The position numbers and the translations under genes are program-made. From the NCBI GenBank assembly GCA_964649065.1, contig CAZYOL010000003.1, forward strand, positions 1 to 61,359: a DNA stretch of 61,359 bases, given 5' to 3'. This stretch comes from an uncultured Spirochaetales bacterium (GTDB taxonomy: Bacteria; Myxococcota_A; UBA9160; SMWR01). Under the pieces are notes generated by a model, which saw only the letters and a list, made by a program, of their open reading frames with translations, did no database searches and was not told where the DNA came from. Shown in pieces: positions 42,862 to 50,909 of the stretch; the first letter of the stretch is position 1, and each line of letters starts with the position of its first letter.

Positions 42862-44079
42862 CTAGAGCGCGCCGCGGGCGTCGAAGAGGACGTCGAGGGC
42901 TCGCGGCCCCCGCATCACCGTGCCCTGGGGCAGGGCCTCCTCCGGACGCGCCAGGCGCAGGCCCGGCAGCCGCTCGAGCAGCGCGCGGAGACCGACGGCG
43001 ATCTGCGCCCGGGCCAGGTGCGAGCCCGGGCAGTGGTGGCTGCCGAAGCCGAAGGTGAGCAGGCGCCGGGGGCGGCGCTCGGGGTCGAAGCGATCCGGCT
43101 CGGGGTAGACGGCCGGGTCGCGGCTGGCCGACGCGATCCCGAAGAGCAGCAGTGTGCCGGCGGGCACCTCCTCGCCGGCCACGTGGGCGGCGCGCGGCGC
43201 CAGCCGCGGCAGCAGCCCGAGCGGCGGCTCCCAGCGCAGCATCTCGTCCACCGCCGCTCCGATCCGCTGCGGCTCGCTGCGCAGCCCCTCCAGCAGCTCC
43301 TGGTGCGAGAGCACGGCGAAGAGGGTGTTGCCCAGGCCGTGGTGGGTGGTCGTGGCACCGGCCGAGAAGAGCGCCCGCACGTGGCTCAGGATCTCCTCGT
43401 CCGTGAGCCGCCGCCCGCGCCACTCGGCCTGGACCATCATCGAGAGCAGATCGTCGCGGGGCCGTGCGCGGCGCTCCGCCAACACCGGCCGCGTGTAGGC
43501 CGTGAGCTCGGCGGCCGCCGCCAGGCCGGCAGCGTGGTCGACCGGATAGGAGAGGATGTCGAAGGCCCAGTCCAGGAAACGCCCGGCCTCGTCGAGGGGC
43601 AGGCCCAGGCGCGCCCCGAAGACCAGGAAGGGAAAGCGGGCCGTGAAGTCCCGCACCAGCTCGGCCTCGCCGCGGCCCGCGAAGGCGTCGATCACCTGGT
43701 GCGCGAGCGCGGGCATCCGGCTCTCGGCGAAGCGCGCGACCGGGCCCGCCCGCAGGCCGCGCGTGGTGAGCTGGCGCAGGGCCGTGTGCTCCGGGCCGTC
43801 GACACTCTCGAAGGTCACGCCCTGGCAGGGCTCGATGCTCGCCGCGTAGGTGGGCCCGGCCGGCAGCTCGGCGTCGTTCCTGAAGGCGGCGTCGAGATCG
43901 TCGTAGCGCGTGATCAGCGGCATCAGCGCGCCGCTGAAGCGCACCAGCGGCAGCCGGTGCGCCGCGCGCAGCCGCGCCATCTCGCGGTGGAAGGCGGCTC
44001 CGGGCAGCAGCGGCGCGGCGGGGCGCAGATCGAGGCCGAAGTCGACCTCGCTGTCGGGCGCTCGTCCACCGCCGGTCAT
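42862..44079 (-). CDS. Cytochrome P450
   Basis: The heme-thiolate loop FGFGSHHCPGSHLA, the EMLRWEPP (ExxR) motif and the I-helix-like AGATTT are present. Confidence 0.85.
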   Translation of the reverse strand: MTGGGRAPDSEVDFGLDLRPAAPLLPGAAFHREMARLRAAHRLPLVRFSGALMPLITRYDDLDAAFRNDAELPAGPTYAASIEPCQGVTFESVDGPEHTALRQLTTRGLRAGPVARFAESRMPALAHQVIDAFAGRGEAELVRDFTARFPFLVFGARLGLPLDEAGRFLDWAFDILSYPVDHAAGLAAAAELTAYTRPVLAERRARPRDDLLSMMVQAEWRGRRLTDEEILSHVRALFSAGATTTHHGLGNTLFAVLSHQELLEGLRSEPQRIGAAVDEMLRWEPPLGLLPRLAPRAAHVAGEEVPAGTLLLFGIASASRDPAVYPEPDRFDPERRPRRLLTFGFGSHHCPGSHLARAQIAVGLRALLERLPGLRLARPEEALPQGTVMRGPRALDVLFDARGAL

Positions 44080-44223
44080 GGCCGCATGAGGCTAGGCCCA
44101 GCCGGCGCTTCGGTCCAGCGCCGCCCCGGCCGCCGCTCGCAGAGGGGCAGAGCCCGCGCCAAGCCTCCTTGTATCCTCGACCGGCGGGCCGGCAGGCCTG
44201 CGAGCCGGGAGACGATCCAGGTC

Positions 44224-46569
44224 GTGCTGCTTCCCCTCCCCGCCCGAGAGGCGATCAAGACCGGCTTCGCCATGGTGCTGGCGCTGGGCATTGCCCTGCG
44301 CATGGACTTCCTGAACCCGTACTGGGCCGGCTTCGCGGTGGCCTTCATCAGCCTCGACACCGCCGGGCAGTCGCTCAACAAGGGCGTGCTGCGCATGCTG
44401 GGCACGCTCATGGCGCTCGTCGTGGCACTCGGCCTCGCGGCGTGGTTCCCCCAGCAGCGCTGGGGGATGATGCTGGCGCTCACGCCCTGGATCGGCCTGT
44501 GCTCGTACAAGATCGCCGGCAACCGGCGCCAGTACTTCTGGTTCGTGAGCGCCTTCGTGGTCATCATCGTGATGATCAAGGCCGGCGGGAGCTCGCTCGA
44601 TCTGTTCCGCGAGGCCGTGGCGCGCGTGGAGGAGACGGCCCTCGGCATCGGGGTCTACGCGCTGGTGTCGGTCTCCCTGTGGCCGCGCACCAGCCGCGAC
44701 GCCCTGGAGAGGTCGGCGCGCGGTCTGGTGGACGTGCAGCTCCAGCTCTTCCAGGCCTACCGCGGCCTGCTGGCCGGGCGCGGGCGGCTCGAGGACTCGC
44801 GGCCGCTGCGCCTGAAGGCCGACCAGGCCATCAAGCAGCTGGGCGCGGTGCTCGCGGCCGCCGAGACCGACACCTACGTCGTCTGGGAGCTGCGCCACGC
44901 CTGGCGCAGTCTGCACCAGAGCTCGCTGGCGCTGCTGCGCGCCTTCGGCCGCTGGCGCACCGCCATGCCCGAGGTCCAGGGCCTGGACCTGGCGCGCATC
45001 CTGCCCGGCGCCGAGCCGGCCCTGCAGGAGCTCGAGGCCCGCATCGCGCGCACCGGTCGGGTGCTGGACGGAGACGACGACGGCGTCGCCCCGCAGGCGA
45101 TCGACGTGTCGCCCGGGCCCGGCGCGGAGCTCTCGCTCTTCGAGCGCGCCGCCGTGGTGCAGCTCGTGACGCAGCTGCGCCGCATCGACGACGAGACCCG
45201 CGCCGTGCTCCAGGCGGTGCGCGACATCCGGGGCTCCGGCCGCGTGGTGACGCCGCCGATCGCGGCGCCGCGCCGACTGTCGCTCGACCCGGACCGCCTG
45301 CGGGTCTCGGCGAACGTGATCGCCACCATGTGGGTCGGCTTCCTGCTCTGGATCTGGGTCGACCCGCCCGGACACGCGGGATTCTGGTTCGGCGCCACGC
45401 TCTACGCGTTGCTCTCCGCGCTATCGCGCCAGTCGGTAGTGGGCATGGTTCCGGGCGTGCTCCTCGGCATCCTCGTCGGCGGGATCGCCTACGTGCTGGT
45501 GATGCCCCACCTGTCGGGCTTCGGCGAGCTGGCGATCCTGATCTTCGTCGCCATTGCGGGCGGGAGCTACCTGCTGGCCGGACCTCAGCGAGGCGGTACC
45601 CGCTCCGCCTACATGGCGATGTTCCTGGTCGCGATCTCGCTGGACAACCGCGACCAGACCTACAGCTTCGCCTCCTACGCGAACTCCTCGGCCGCCTACC
45701 TCCTGGGCATCGGGCTGACCGTCGCAATGGGCGGCTTCCCGAGCTCGCAGCGCCCCGAGAAAGTCTTCCTCCGGCTCCTGTCCCGCTTTTTCCGGCAGGC
45801 CGAGATCCTGATCGGACGCCTGGCTCCGGAGCCCAGGCCCCAGGGGATCGTGGAGCGCAGCCGCCGCCTCTTCTACCGCGAGGACCTGCTGGAGATCCCG
45901 GCCAAGCTCGCGGCACTCGTGGACCGCGTCGACTGCCGCCTGCTGCCCGGCACGACCCCCGACCAGCTGCGCACCCTGGTGATGCACCTGACGACGCTCA
46001 CCATGCGCATCGAGGAAGTCCTGGACGCGCGGCGGGACATCGAGCCCGAGCCGCGCCTCGAGGAGATCGTCACCGAGCTGCGCGAGTGGCGGGAGCTGGT
46101 GCAGCGCCAGTTCCGGCTCTGGGCGCACGATCCCGCGGCAGCCCTCTTCCCGGAGGCAGTCATGAGCGAGCGCCTGCACCTGCGGCTCGAGCGCATCGAG
46201 GCCGGCCTGGAGACGGCGCGGGCCCGCGCCGGCGGGGCGGGGCTGGCCGTGAGCTACACCGGGCGCTACGGCGATCTCGGTGGCTTCCGGGGGCTGGGCT
46301 CGGGCGCGGGCCCGCGCCGGCGGGGAGGGCCGGCCCGTGAGCTACACGGCTCTCTACCGCTATCTCGGTGGCTTCCGGGGCCTCTCCGAGGCCGCAATCG
46401 GGTACGCTTCCGCCGCTTCGCAGATGGCCTGGGATCCCTGGACGGAGGCGCGCTTCTAACGTGTTCGGTGTTCCCCACGAGATCTCGATCTCGGGTGTGT
46501 TCTTCCCGCCGATGCTCCTGGCGGCGCTGCCGGGTGTCGCCGCAGCGGCGCTCACGGCGCTGCTGCTGA
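44224..46569 (+). CDS. FUSC-family (AaeB-like) aromatic/fusaric acid efflux protein, reading frame disrupted near the 3' end
   Basis: It has two polytopic membrane halves separated by a long cytoplasmic helical region, with FUSC-type N-terminal AIKTGFAMVLALGIAL..PYWAGF. The GTG start at 44224 follows GGGAG. After the 88-bp duplication (46215-46390) the open frame becomes an Arg/Cys-rich tail that overlaps the next gene. The natural stop appears to be TAA 46457-46459 in the +1 frame. Confidence 0.7.
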   Translation: MLLPLPAREAIKTGFAMVLALGIALRMDFLNPYWAGFAVAFISLDTAGQSLNKGVLRMLGTLMALVVALGLAAWFPQQRWGMMLALTPWIGLCSYKIAGNRRQYFWFVSAFVVIIVMIKAGGSSLDLFREAVARVEETALGIGVYALVSVSLWPRTSRDALERSARGLVDVQLQLFQAYRGLLAGRGRLEDSRPLRLKADQAIKQLGAVLAAAETDTYVVWELRHAWRSLHQSSLALLRAFGRWRTAMPEVQGLDLARILPGAEPALQELEARIARTGRVLDGDDDGVAPQAIDVSPGPGAELSLFERAAVVQLVTQLRRIDDETRAVLQAVRDIRGSGRVVTPPIAAPRRLSLDPDRLRVSANVIATMWVGFLLWIWVDPPGHAGFWFGATLYALLSALSRQSVVGMVPGVLLGILVGGIAYVLVMPHLSGFGELAILIFVAIAGGSYLLAGPQRGGTRSAYMAMFLVAISLDNRDQTYSFASYANSSAAYLLGIGLTVAMGGFPSSQRPEKVFLRLLSRFFRQAEILIGRLAPEPRPQGIVERSRRLFYREDLLEIPAKLAALVDRVDCRLLPGTTPDQLRTLVMHLTTLTMRIEEVLDARRDIEPEPRLEEIVTELREWRELVQRQFRLWAHDPAAALFPEAVMSERLHLRLERIEAGLETARARAGGAGLAVSYTGRYGDLGGFRGLGSGAGPRRRGGPARELHGSLPLSRWLPGPLRGRNRVRFRRFADGLGSLDGGALLTCSVFPTRSRSRVCSSRRCSWRRCRVSPQRRSRRCC
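46215..46390 (+). repeat. Imperfect 88-bp tandem direct duplication inside the FUSC gene
   Basis: Copy 1 (46215-46302) and copy 2 (46303-46390) both begin ggcgcgggcccgcgccggcgggg and both contain gtgagctacac...atctcggtggcttccgggg. The period of 88 is not a multiple of 3. Confidence 0.85.
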
Positions 46570-46673
46570 ACCGCTACCGCCTGTCGCGTTTCTTCGTCTA
46601 CCCGCCGCTCGTCTTCCTGGCGCTGGCCATCCTCTACACCAGCGCCTTCGGCGCGCTGTTCCTGCCTTTCTGA
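46461..46673 (+). CDS. DUF1656 / AaeX-like small inner-membrane protein
   Basis: It is a 70-aa, two-helix protein. ISISGVFFPPMLL resembles the AaeX N-terminus. The GTG at 46461 lies 1 nt after TAA 46457-46459. Confidence 0.7.
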   Translation: MFGVPHEISISGVFFPPMLLAALPGVAAAALTALLLNRYRLSRFFVYPPLVFLALAILYTSAFGALFLPF

Positions 46674-46681
46674 GCAGGCCG

Positions 46682-47596
46682 TTGCGGCGTTGGCTGATCA
46701 GCGGAGCGATCGTGCTCGCGGCGGTCCTGGTGGTGGCGGCGAAGTACTGGGACTACGTCGTGAATCCCTGGACTCGCGACGGCCAGGTGCGCGCGCAAGT
46801 CATCCAGATCACCTCGCGGGTGACCGCGCCGATCGTCGAGCTGCCGATCGAGGACAACCAACGGGTCGAGCGCGGCGACCTGCTCTTCCGCATCGACCCC
46901 CGCACCTTCGAGGCACAGCTCGCCGAGGACCGGGCCACCCTGAAGCTCAAGCGCGTGGCCGCCGAGAACGCCACCTCCGACGCGAACCGCTACCGCAACG
47001 CCAAGCGGCTCAGCCCAGGCTCCATCTCCGACGAGGAGCTGGAGAACGCCGTCAACTCCGAGCGGGCGGCCCGGGCCGATGTGGTGAAGTACGAGGCCGT
47101 CGTCGAGGAGGCGAAGCTCGACCTCGAGTTCACCGAGGTGCGCGCGCCCGTGGACGGCTGGGTCACCAACCTGAACCTGCGGCTCGGCAGCCAGGCCGTT
47201 GCCAACCAGCCGGCTCTCGCCCTGGTGGACGAGAACAGCTTCTGGGTGCACGGCTACTTCCGGGAGACCGTGATCGGAGGCATGCGACCCGGAGATCGCG
47301 CCGTGGTGACGCTGATGACCTACCCCGGCCTCCCGCTCAGCGGCCGCGTCCACAGCCTCGGCTGGGGCATCGCCCAGAGCGACGGCAGCACGGGCTACAA
47401 CCTGCTGCCGGAGATCGCGCCTACCTTCGAGTGGATCCGCCTGGCCCAGCGGGTCCCGGTACGTATCGACCTGGATCCGCTGCCCGAGGGCGTGGAGCTC
47501 CGGGTCGGCACGACCGCCTCCGTGCTGGTCGAGACGGGCACCGCCGGTGCTGCCCCCGACAGCGACACGCCCGCCCTGCCCCGCCCGCTGCAGTAG
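46682..47596 (+). CDS. HlyD-family membrane fusion protein (AaeA-like efflux adaptor)
   Basis: It has an N-terminal TM anchor, then VRAQVIQITSRVTAPIVELPIEDNQRVERGDLLFRIDP, a coiled coil, and TEVRAPVDGWVTNL. It uses a TTG start. Confidence 0.85.
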   Translation: MRRWLISGAIVLAAVLVVAAKYWDYVVNPWTRDGQVRAQVIQITSRVTAPIVELPIEDNQRVERGDLLFRIDPRTFEAQLAEDRATLKLKRVAAENATSDANRYRNAKRLSPGSISDEELENAVNSERAARADVVKYEAVVEEAKLDLEFTEVRAPVDGWVTNLNLRLGSQAVANQPALALVDENSFWVHGYFRETVIGGMRPGDRAVVTLMTYPGLPLSGRVHSLGWGIAQSDGSTGYNLLPEIAPTFEWIRLAQRVPVRIDLDPLPEGVELRVGTTASVLVETGTAGAAPDSDTPALPRPLQ

Positions 47597-47802
47597 CCAC
47601 CACGAGCTCTCCTCACCGAAGCGACGCGTTTCGCACGCGGGCGTTCCGCGATGCAGAGGAGGGACGGCGACGATCGGTCGCGCCGAGTCGAAGAACCCGA
47701 GGTCGCGCGCTCTTCTCGGCCGATCGGTTCGCGATCGGTTCGGTGTGGGACTGCCGGCACTCGCGGGGTGACAAGCGGGCGTTGGTGCATACAGATTGGA
47801 GC

Positions 47803-48546
47803 ATGTCGGAGAAGCCGCATTGGGACGCCATCGGGCCCCCGCCTTGGGCGCTGTTCGCACAGGAGCAGATCCGAGCGCTCGGGGATCTCGTAGACATTCG
47901 AGCGCGGCGCAGGTTGCTGCACCAGGCGCCCCGGGGGGATGGGCACCCCGTGCTGGTGATGCCCGGCTTTCTCGCACCCGAGTTCTCGACCTCCCCGCTC
48001 CGCAGCTTCTTGCGGGGCCTCTGCTACGACGCGCGAGGGTCCCACCTCCGTGTGAACCTCGGGCCGAGCCCAAAGGTGAACGAGACCTTGCAGCGAAGGC
48101 TCGCCCATCTCGCGGAGCGTCACGGGCGCAAGGTGAGCCTCGTGGGTTGGAGCCTGGGCGGCATCTACGCCCGCGAGCTGGCGCGCGCCCATCCCACGCT
48201 GGTGCGCATGGTGATCACCATGGGCACGCCCTTTGCCGACATCTCCGCCACCCACGCCGCCCGCTTCATCCCCCTGCGACCGGACGGCAAGCCCCTACAC
48301 GAGGCTCACGGCCTGCGCGCGGCCCTGCGCCGGCCGCTCGAGGTGCCCACCACCTCCATCTTCAGCAGGACCGACGGCGTCGTGCACTGGCAGGGCTGCC
48401 TCCAGGAGGAAGGGCCCGGGCGCGAGAACGTCGAGGTGCACTGCAGCCACACGGGGATGGGCTTCCACGCGGAGGTGTTCGGCGTGGTAGCCAACCGGCT
48501 GGCGTTGCCCGAGGGAGAGTGGCGTCCCTATCTCCGCAACGCCTAG
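47803..48546 (+). CDS. Alpha/beta-fold hydrolase
   Basis: It has PVLVMPGF and the nucleophile elbow GWSLGG. A late His lies in CSHTGM. An in-frame GTG at 47743 is an alternative start. Confidence 0.65.
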   Translation: MSEKPHWDAIGPPPWALFAQEQIRALGDLVDIRARRRLLHQAPRGDGHPVLVMPGFLAPEFSTSPLRSFLRGLCYDARGSHLRVNLGPSPKVNETLQRRLAHLAERHGRKVSLVGWSLGGIYARELARAHPTLVRMVITMGTPFADISATHAARFIPLRPDGKPLHEAHGLRAALRRPLEVPTTSIFSRTDGVVHWQGCLQEEGPGRENVEVHCSHTGMGFHAEVFGVVANRLALPEGEWRPYLRNA

Positions 48547-48601
48547 CCCCACGATCCAGCCAGCGAGGAGCCTGCCGCTCTCGTTGCGCCCAGGCTGGGC
48601 C

Positions 48602-48621
48602 TGATAGCTAATCTGCTATCA
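48602..48621. promoter_or_regulatory. Candidate operator palindrome upstream of the XRE gene
   Basis: A perfect inverted repeat TGATAGC-n6-GCTATCA lies 8 nt upstream of the GTG at 48629. The spacer and flank include TAATCT and TATCAT, which are -10-like hexamers. Confidence 0.35.
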
Positions 48622-48628
48622 TCCAGGG

Positions 48629-48952
48629 GTGGCGCCCTTGGATCCCGCTCTCTTGGTTCGCGAGGCCCGCTCCAGGGCAGGCCTCACGCAGCGCGAGCTG
48701 GCCGCCCGCGCGGGTACCTCCCAGTCGGTCGTCGCCCGGATCGAGGCGGGCCAGACCCGTCCGGGCAGCGGAACCCTCGGGCGGCTGCTCGAAGCCGCGG
48801 GCTTCGAGCTTCGGACCGAGCTGGTTCCCTTGCCCGTCGTCGAAACCCACATGCTCGAGGACATTGCGCGGATCCTGGCCCTCACGCCGGAGCAGCGACT
48901 CCGCGAAGTCGGCAACGTGAGTCGCTTCGAGTCGGCGGCGCGACGTGTCTGA
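48629..48952 (+). CDS. XRE-family helix-turn-helix protein (antitoxin-like)
   Basis: The HTH_3 pattern is RSRAGLTQRELAARAGTSQSVVARIEAG. It is small and overlaps the downstream gene by 8 nt. Confidence 0.8.
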   Translation: MAPLDPALLVREARSRAGLTQRELAARAGTSQSVVARIEAGQTRPGSGTLGRLLEAAGFELRTELVPLPVVETHMLEDIARILALTPEQRLREVGNVSRFESAARRV

Positions 48953-49451
48953 CGGCGCTCCCCTCGACCCGGAGCGACTCGTCCAGACGCTGGGTCGGCG
49001 CGGCGTCGCGTACGTTCTCATCGGTGCCCTCGCGGCCCGGCTCCACGGCTTCCCCCGACTGACTGCCGATGCCGACATCACGCCGGCCCGGGACCCGGAG
49101 AACCTCGAGAGGCTGGCCGCGGCACTCCGGGAGCTGGATGCCCGGGTCTACACGGAGAGCGTGCCCGAGGGTCTGCCCTTCGATTGCAGCGCCGCGACTC
49201 TGGCCCGCGCCGATCTCTTGAATCTCGTCACGGGTGCAGGGCGCCTGGACATCGCCTTCACTCCTTCCGGAACGAGCGGGTTCGAGGATCTCCAGAGCGG
49301 CGCGATTCGTTTCGATGTGTTCGGCGTCGAGATCCTCGCCTCGGATCTTCCCGACATCATCCGCTCCAAGCAGGCCGCCGACCGACCCCAGGATCGGCAG
49401 GATGTCATCGTCCTCCAGGAGATCCTCCGTCGGAGGCACGCCGGCGATTGA
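48945..49451 (+). CDS. Minimal nucleotidyltransferase-fold protein (toxin-like partner of the XRE protein)
   Basis: The pol-beta NTase pattern reads hG-x(13)-DxD: LIGALAARLHGFPRLTADADI. The gene is operonic with the HTH gene. The family was not identified more precisely. Confidence 0.5.
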   Translation: MSDGAPLDPERLVQTLGRRGVAYVLIGALAARLHGFPRLTADADITPARDPENLERLAAALRELDARVYTESVPEGLPFDCSAATLARADLLNLVTGAGRLDIAFTPSGTSGFEDLQSGAIRFDVFGVEILASDLPDIIRSKQAADRPQDRQDVIVLQEILRRRHAGD

Positions 49452-49492
49452 GGCGGCGTCGCCCCCGAGACGATTCGACCCTCCGAGCGACA

Positions 49493-49520
49493 CGGCGGAG
49501 CGGACGGGGCTCGAACCCGC
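49493..49520 (-). repeat. Degenerate copy of the tRNA-Asp 3' end (T-arm plus acceptor 3' strand)
   Basis: It matches 25 of 28 positions of 51590-51617. There is no matching 5' acceptor strand or anticodon arm downstream, so it is not a functional tRNA. Confidence 0.6.
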
Positions 49521-49674
49521 GCGCAACAGACCCGAGCCCTCGAATCCATTCAGTTCCCAGCCGAGGGAAATGGAACCCGAACGGAACCCGGGAACGGGTC
49601 TGGGCACAGGCGCCCAGTCCCCGGGATGAAAACCTCTCTTGTGGGAGTATGGGCCTTCCGATACGGTCAGCCGT

Positions 49675-49920
49675 ATGAAGACGACGGTAGAGATTCCGGA
49701 CCCTCTCGCCGACGAGGCCAAGGCCGTGGCCCGGCGGGAGAAGACGACTCTGCGAGCTCTGATCGAGGCGGGTCTTCGCCAGGTCCTGCGCGACCGGCGT
49801 CGCAAGGCCCGCTTCCATCTCCGCGACGCCAGCTTCGGCGGCCGGGGCCTCCGACCCGAGTTCCGCGCCGGGGACTGGCAGCGCATGCGCGAGGCGGCCT
49901 ACGAGGGACGCGGCGGTTGA
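49675..49920 (+). CDS. VapB-like antitoxin
   Basis: The small protein MKTTVEIPDPLADEAKAVARREKTTLRALIEAGL has an RHH/AbrB-type antitoxin style. Its stop overlaps the PIN gene start (TTGA). Confidence 0.65.
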   Translation: MKTTVEIPDPLADEAKAVARREKTTLRALIEAGLRQVLRDRRRKARFHLRDASFGGRGLRPEFRAGDWQRMREAAYEGRGG

Positions 49921-50351
49921 TCGCAGTCGACACGAACGTCCTCGTGTACGCCCATCGGAGCGATTCGGAGTGGCACGAGCGCGCCGCCGGCTGCGTCCGC
50001 GCGCTGGCCGAAGCGAAGGCGCCGTGGGCCCTGCCCTGGCCTTGCGTTCACGAGTTCCTCGCGATCACGACCCATCCCCGGATCTGGGATCCGCCGACGC
50101 CGACCGGGAAGGCGCTCGACCAGGTCGACGCCTGGCTCGAGTCGCCGAGCCTGGTTCTTCTCGCAGAGGGCCCCGAACACTGGACCGAGCTTCGCGCCCA
50201 GATCGAAGCGGGCCAGATCGCCGGCCCGAGAGTGCACGACGCGCGCATCGCCGCGCTGTGCACGGCGCACGGCGTCCGCGAGCTCTGGACCGCGGACCGC
50301 GACTTCAGCAGGTTCCCGAGCCTCGCGACCGCGAACCCCCTCGCTGGCTAG
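49917..50351 (+). CDS. vapC: PIN-domain ribonuclease toxin (VapC-like)
   Basis: The conserved acidic residues sit in context: IAVDTNVL, VHEFLAI, HDARIAA, TADRDF. The TTG start is inferred. Confidence 0.8.
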   Translation: MIAVDTNVLVYAHRSDSEWHERAAGCVRALAEAKAPWALPWPCVHEFLAITTHPRIWDPPTPTGKALDQVDAWLESPSLVLLAEGPEHWTELRAQIEAGQIAGPRVHDARIAALCTAHGVRELWTADRDFSRFPSLATANPLAG

Positions 50352-50386
50352 CGGAGCTGGCAAGGCGCCCGAAACGAAGGCTCCCA

Positions 50387-50414
50387 TGGCGGGGCGGACG
50401 GAACTCGAACCCGC
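50387..50414 (-). repeat. Degenerate copy of the tRNA-Asp 3' end
   Basis: It matches 27 of 28 positions of 51590-51617. Weaker similarity continues about 20 nt further, into an anticodon-arm-like remnant. No 5' half is present. Confidence 0.65.
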
Positions 50415-50531
50415 GAAGCCCGGCGATAACCAGACGGAATCGTGAGGGTTTCTATCGCCGAGCCCGTGCTCACGCTGTGCTCAAGCCCCTCGCGCGAGGG
50501 GATCTCGAACCCTCCCGGGCTCGCGGCACAG

Positions 50532-50556
50532 ATATAGACTGGATTTCAGTCCATAT
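50532..50556. promoter_or_regulatory. Candidate operator/promoter in an A/T-rich patch upstream of the wHTH gene
   Basis: There is an imperfect inverted repeat, ATATAGACTG-n5-CAGTCCATAT (9 of 10), within an unusually A/T-rich stretch (50531-50576) just upstream of GTG 50577. Confidence 0.3.
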
Positions 50557-50576
50557 GATTCGATATTCAGTACATT

Positions 50577-50909
50577 GTGCTGGAGGGTCTGTTCGGGAAT
50601 CGGACCGCCGAGAAGGTCCTGCTCTACCTGGAGCAGTATGGCGAGGGGTACGCGCGCGCCATCGCCACAACATTCGAGGACGTATCGGTGAGCATGGCCC
50701 TCGCGCAGCTCAAGCGGTTCGAAGCCGCTGGCTTGCTCGTGAGTCGAAGGCAGGGCCGCACGCTGCTGTTCTCCTGGAACCCGCGCTACTACGTGCTCGA
50801 CGAGGTGCGCGGGATCCTTCGCAAGACGCTGGCTGCGCTCCCGCCCTCGGAACGGCGCCGCTACTTCAGCCAGCGCCGCCGGCCCCGTCGCTCCGGTAAG
50901 CCAGAGTGA
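50577..50909 (+). CDS. Winged-helix DNA-binding protein (ArsR/MarR-like, antitoxin-like)
   Basis: It has AEKVLLYLEQYGEGYARAIATTF..SVSMALAQLKRFEAAGLLVSRRQGRTLLF. Its stop overlaps the next gene's start (GTGA). Confidence 0.6.
   Translation: MLEGLFGNRTAEKVLLYLEQYGEGYARAIATTFEDVSVSMALAQLKRFEAAGLLVSRRQGRTLLFSWNPRYYVLDEVRGILRKTLAALPPSERRRYFSQRRRPRRSGKPE

Noticed and set aside
44169-46340. A 723-aa alternative-frame ORF across the FUSC gene.
   Set aside because: It is a Pro/Arg/Gly/Ala-rich translation without transmembrane segments. The chosen frame encodes a coherent polytopic FUSC-type protein.
46368-46460. The N-terminal extension of the 101-aa ORF 46368..46673, which would make the small membrane protein overlap the FUSC gene.
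   Set aside because: The extension (MASGASPRPQSGTLPPLRRWPGIPGRRRASN) is non-hydrophobic filler. The GTG at 46461 lies 1 nt after the inferred natural FUSC stop and gives an AaeX-sized two-helix protein.
50387-50465. A possible second tRNA gene. The segment has a T-arm and acceptor 3' strand, and an anticodon-like loop containing GTT.
   Set aside because: No 5' acceptor strand complementary to CCGCCCC is present and there is no D arm. The anticodon stem has a mismatch and the loop lacks the invariant U33. I treat it as a tRNA-Asp remnant. The same reasoning applies to 49493-49520.
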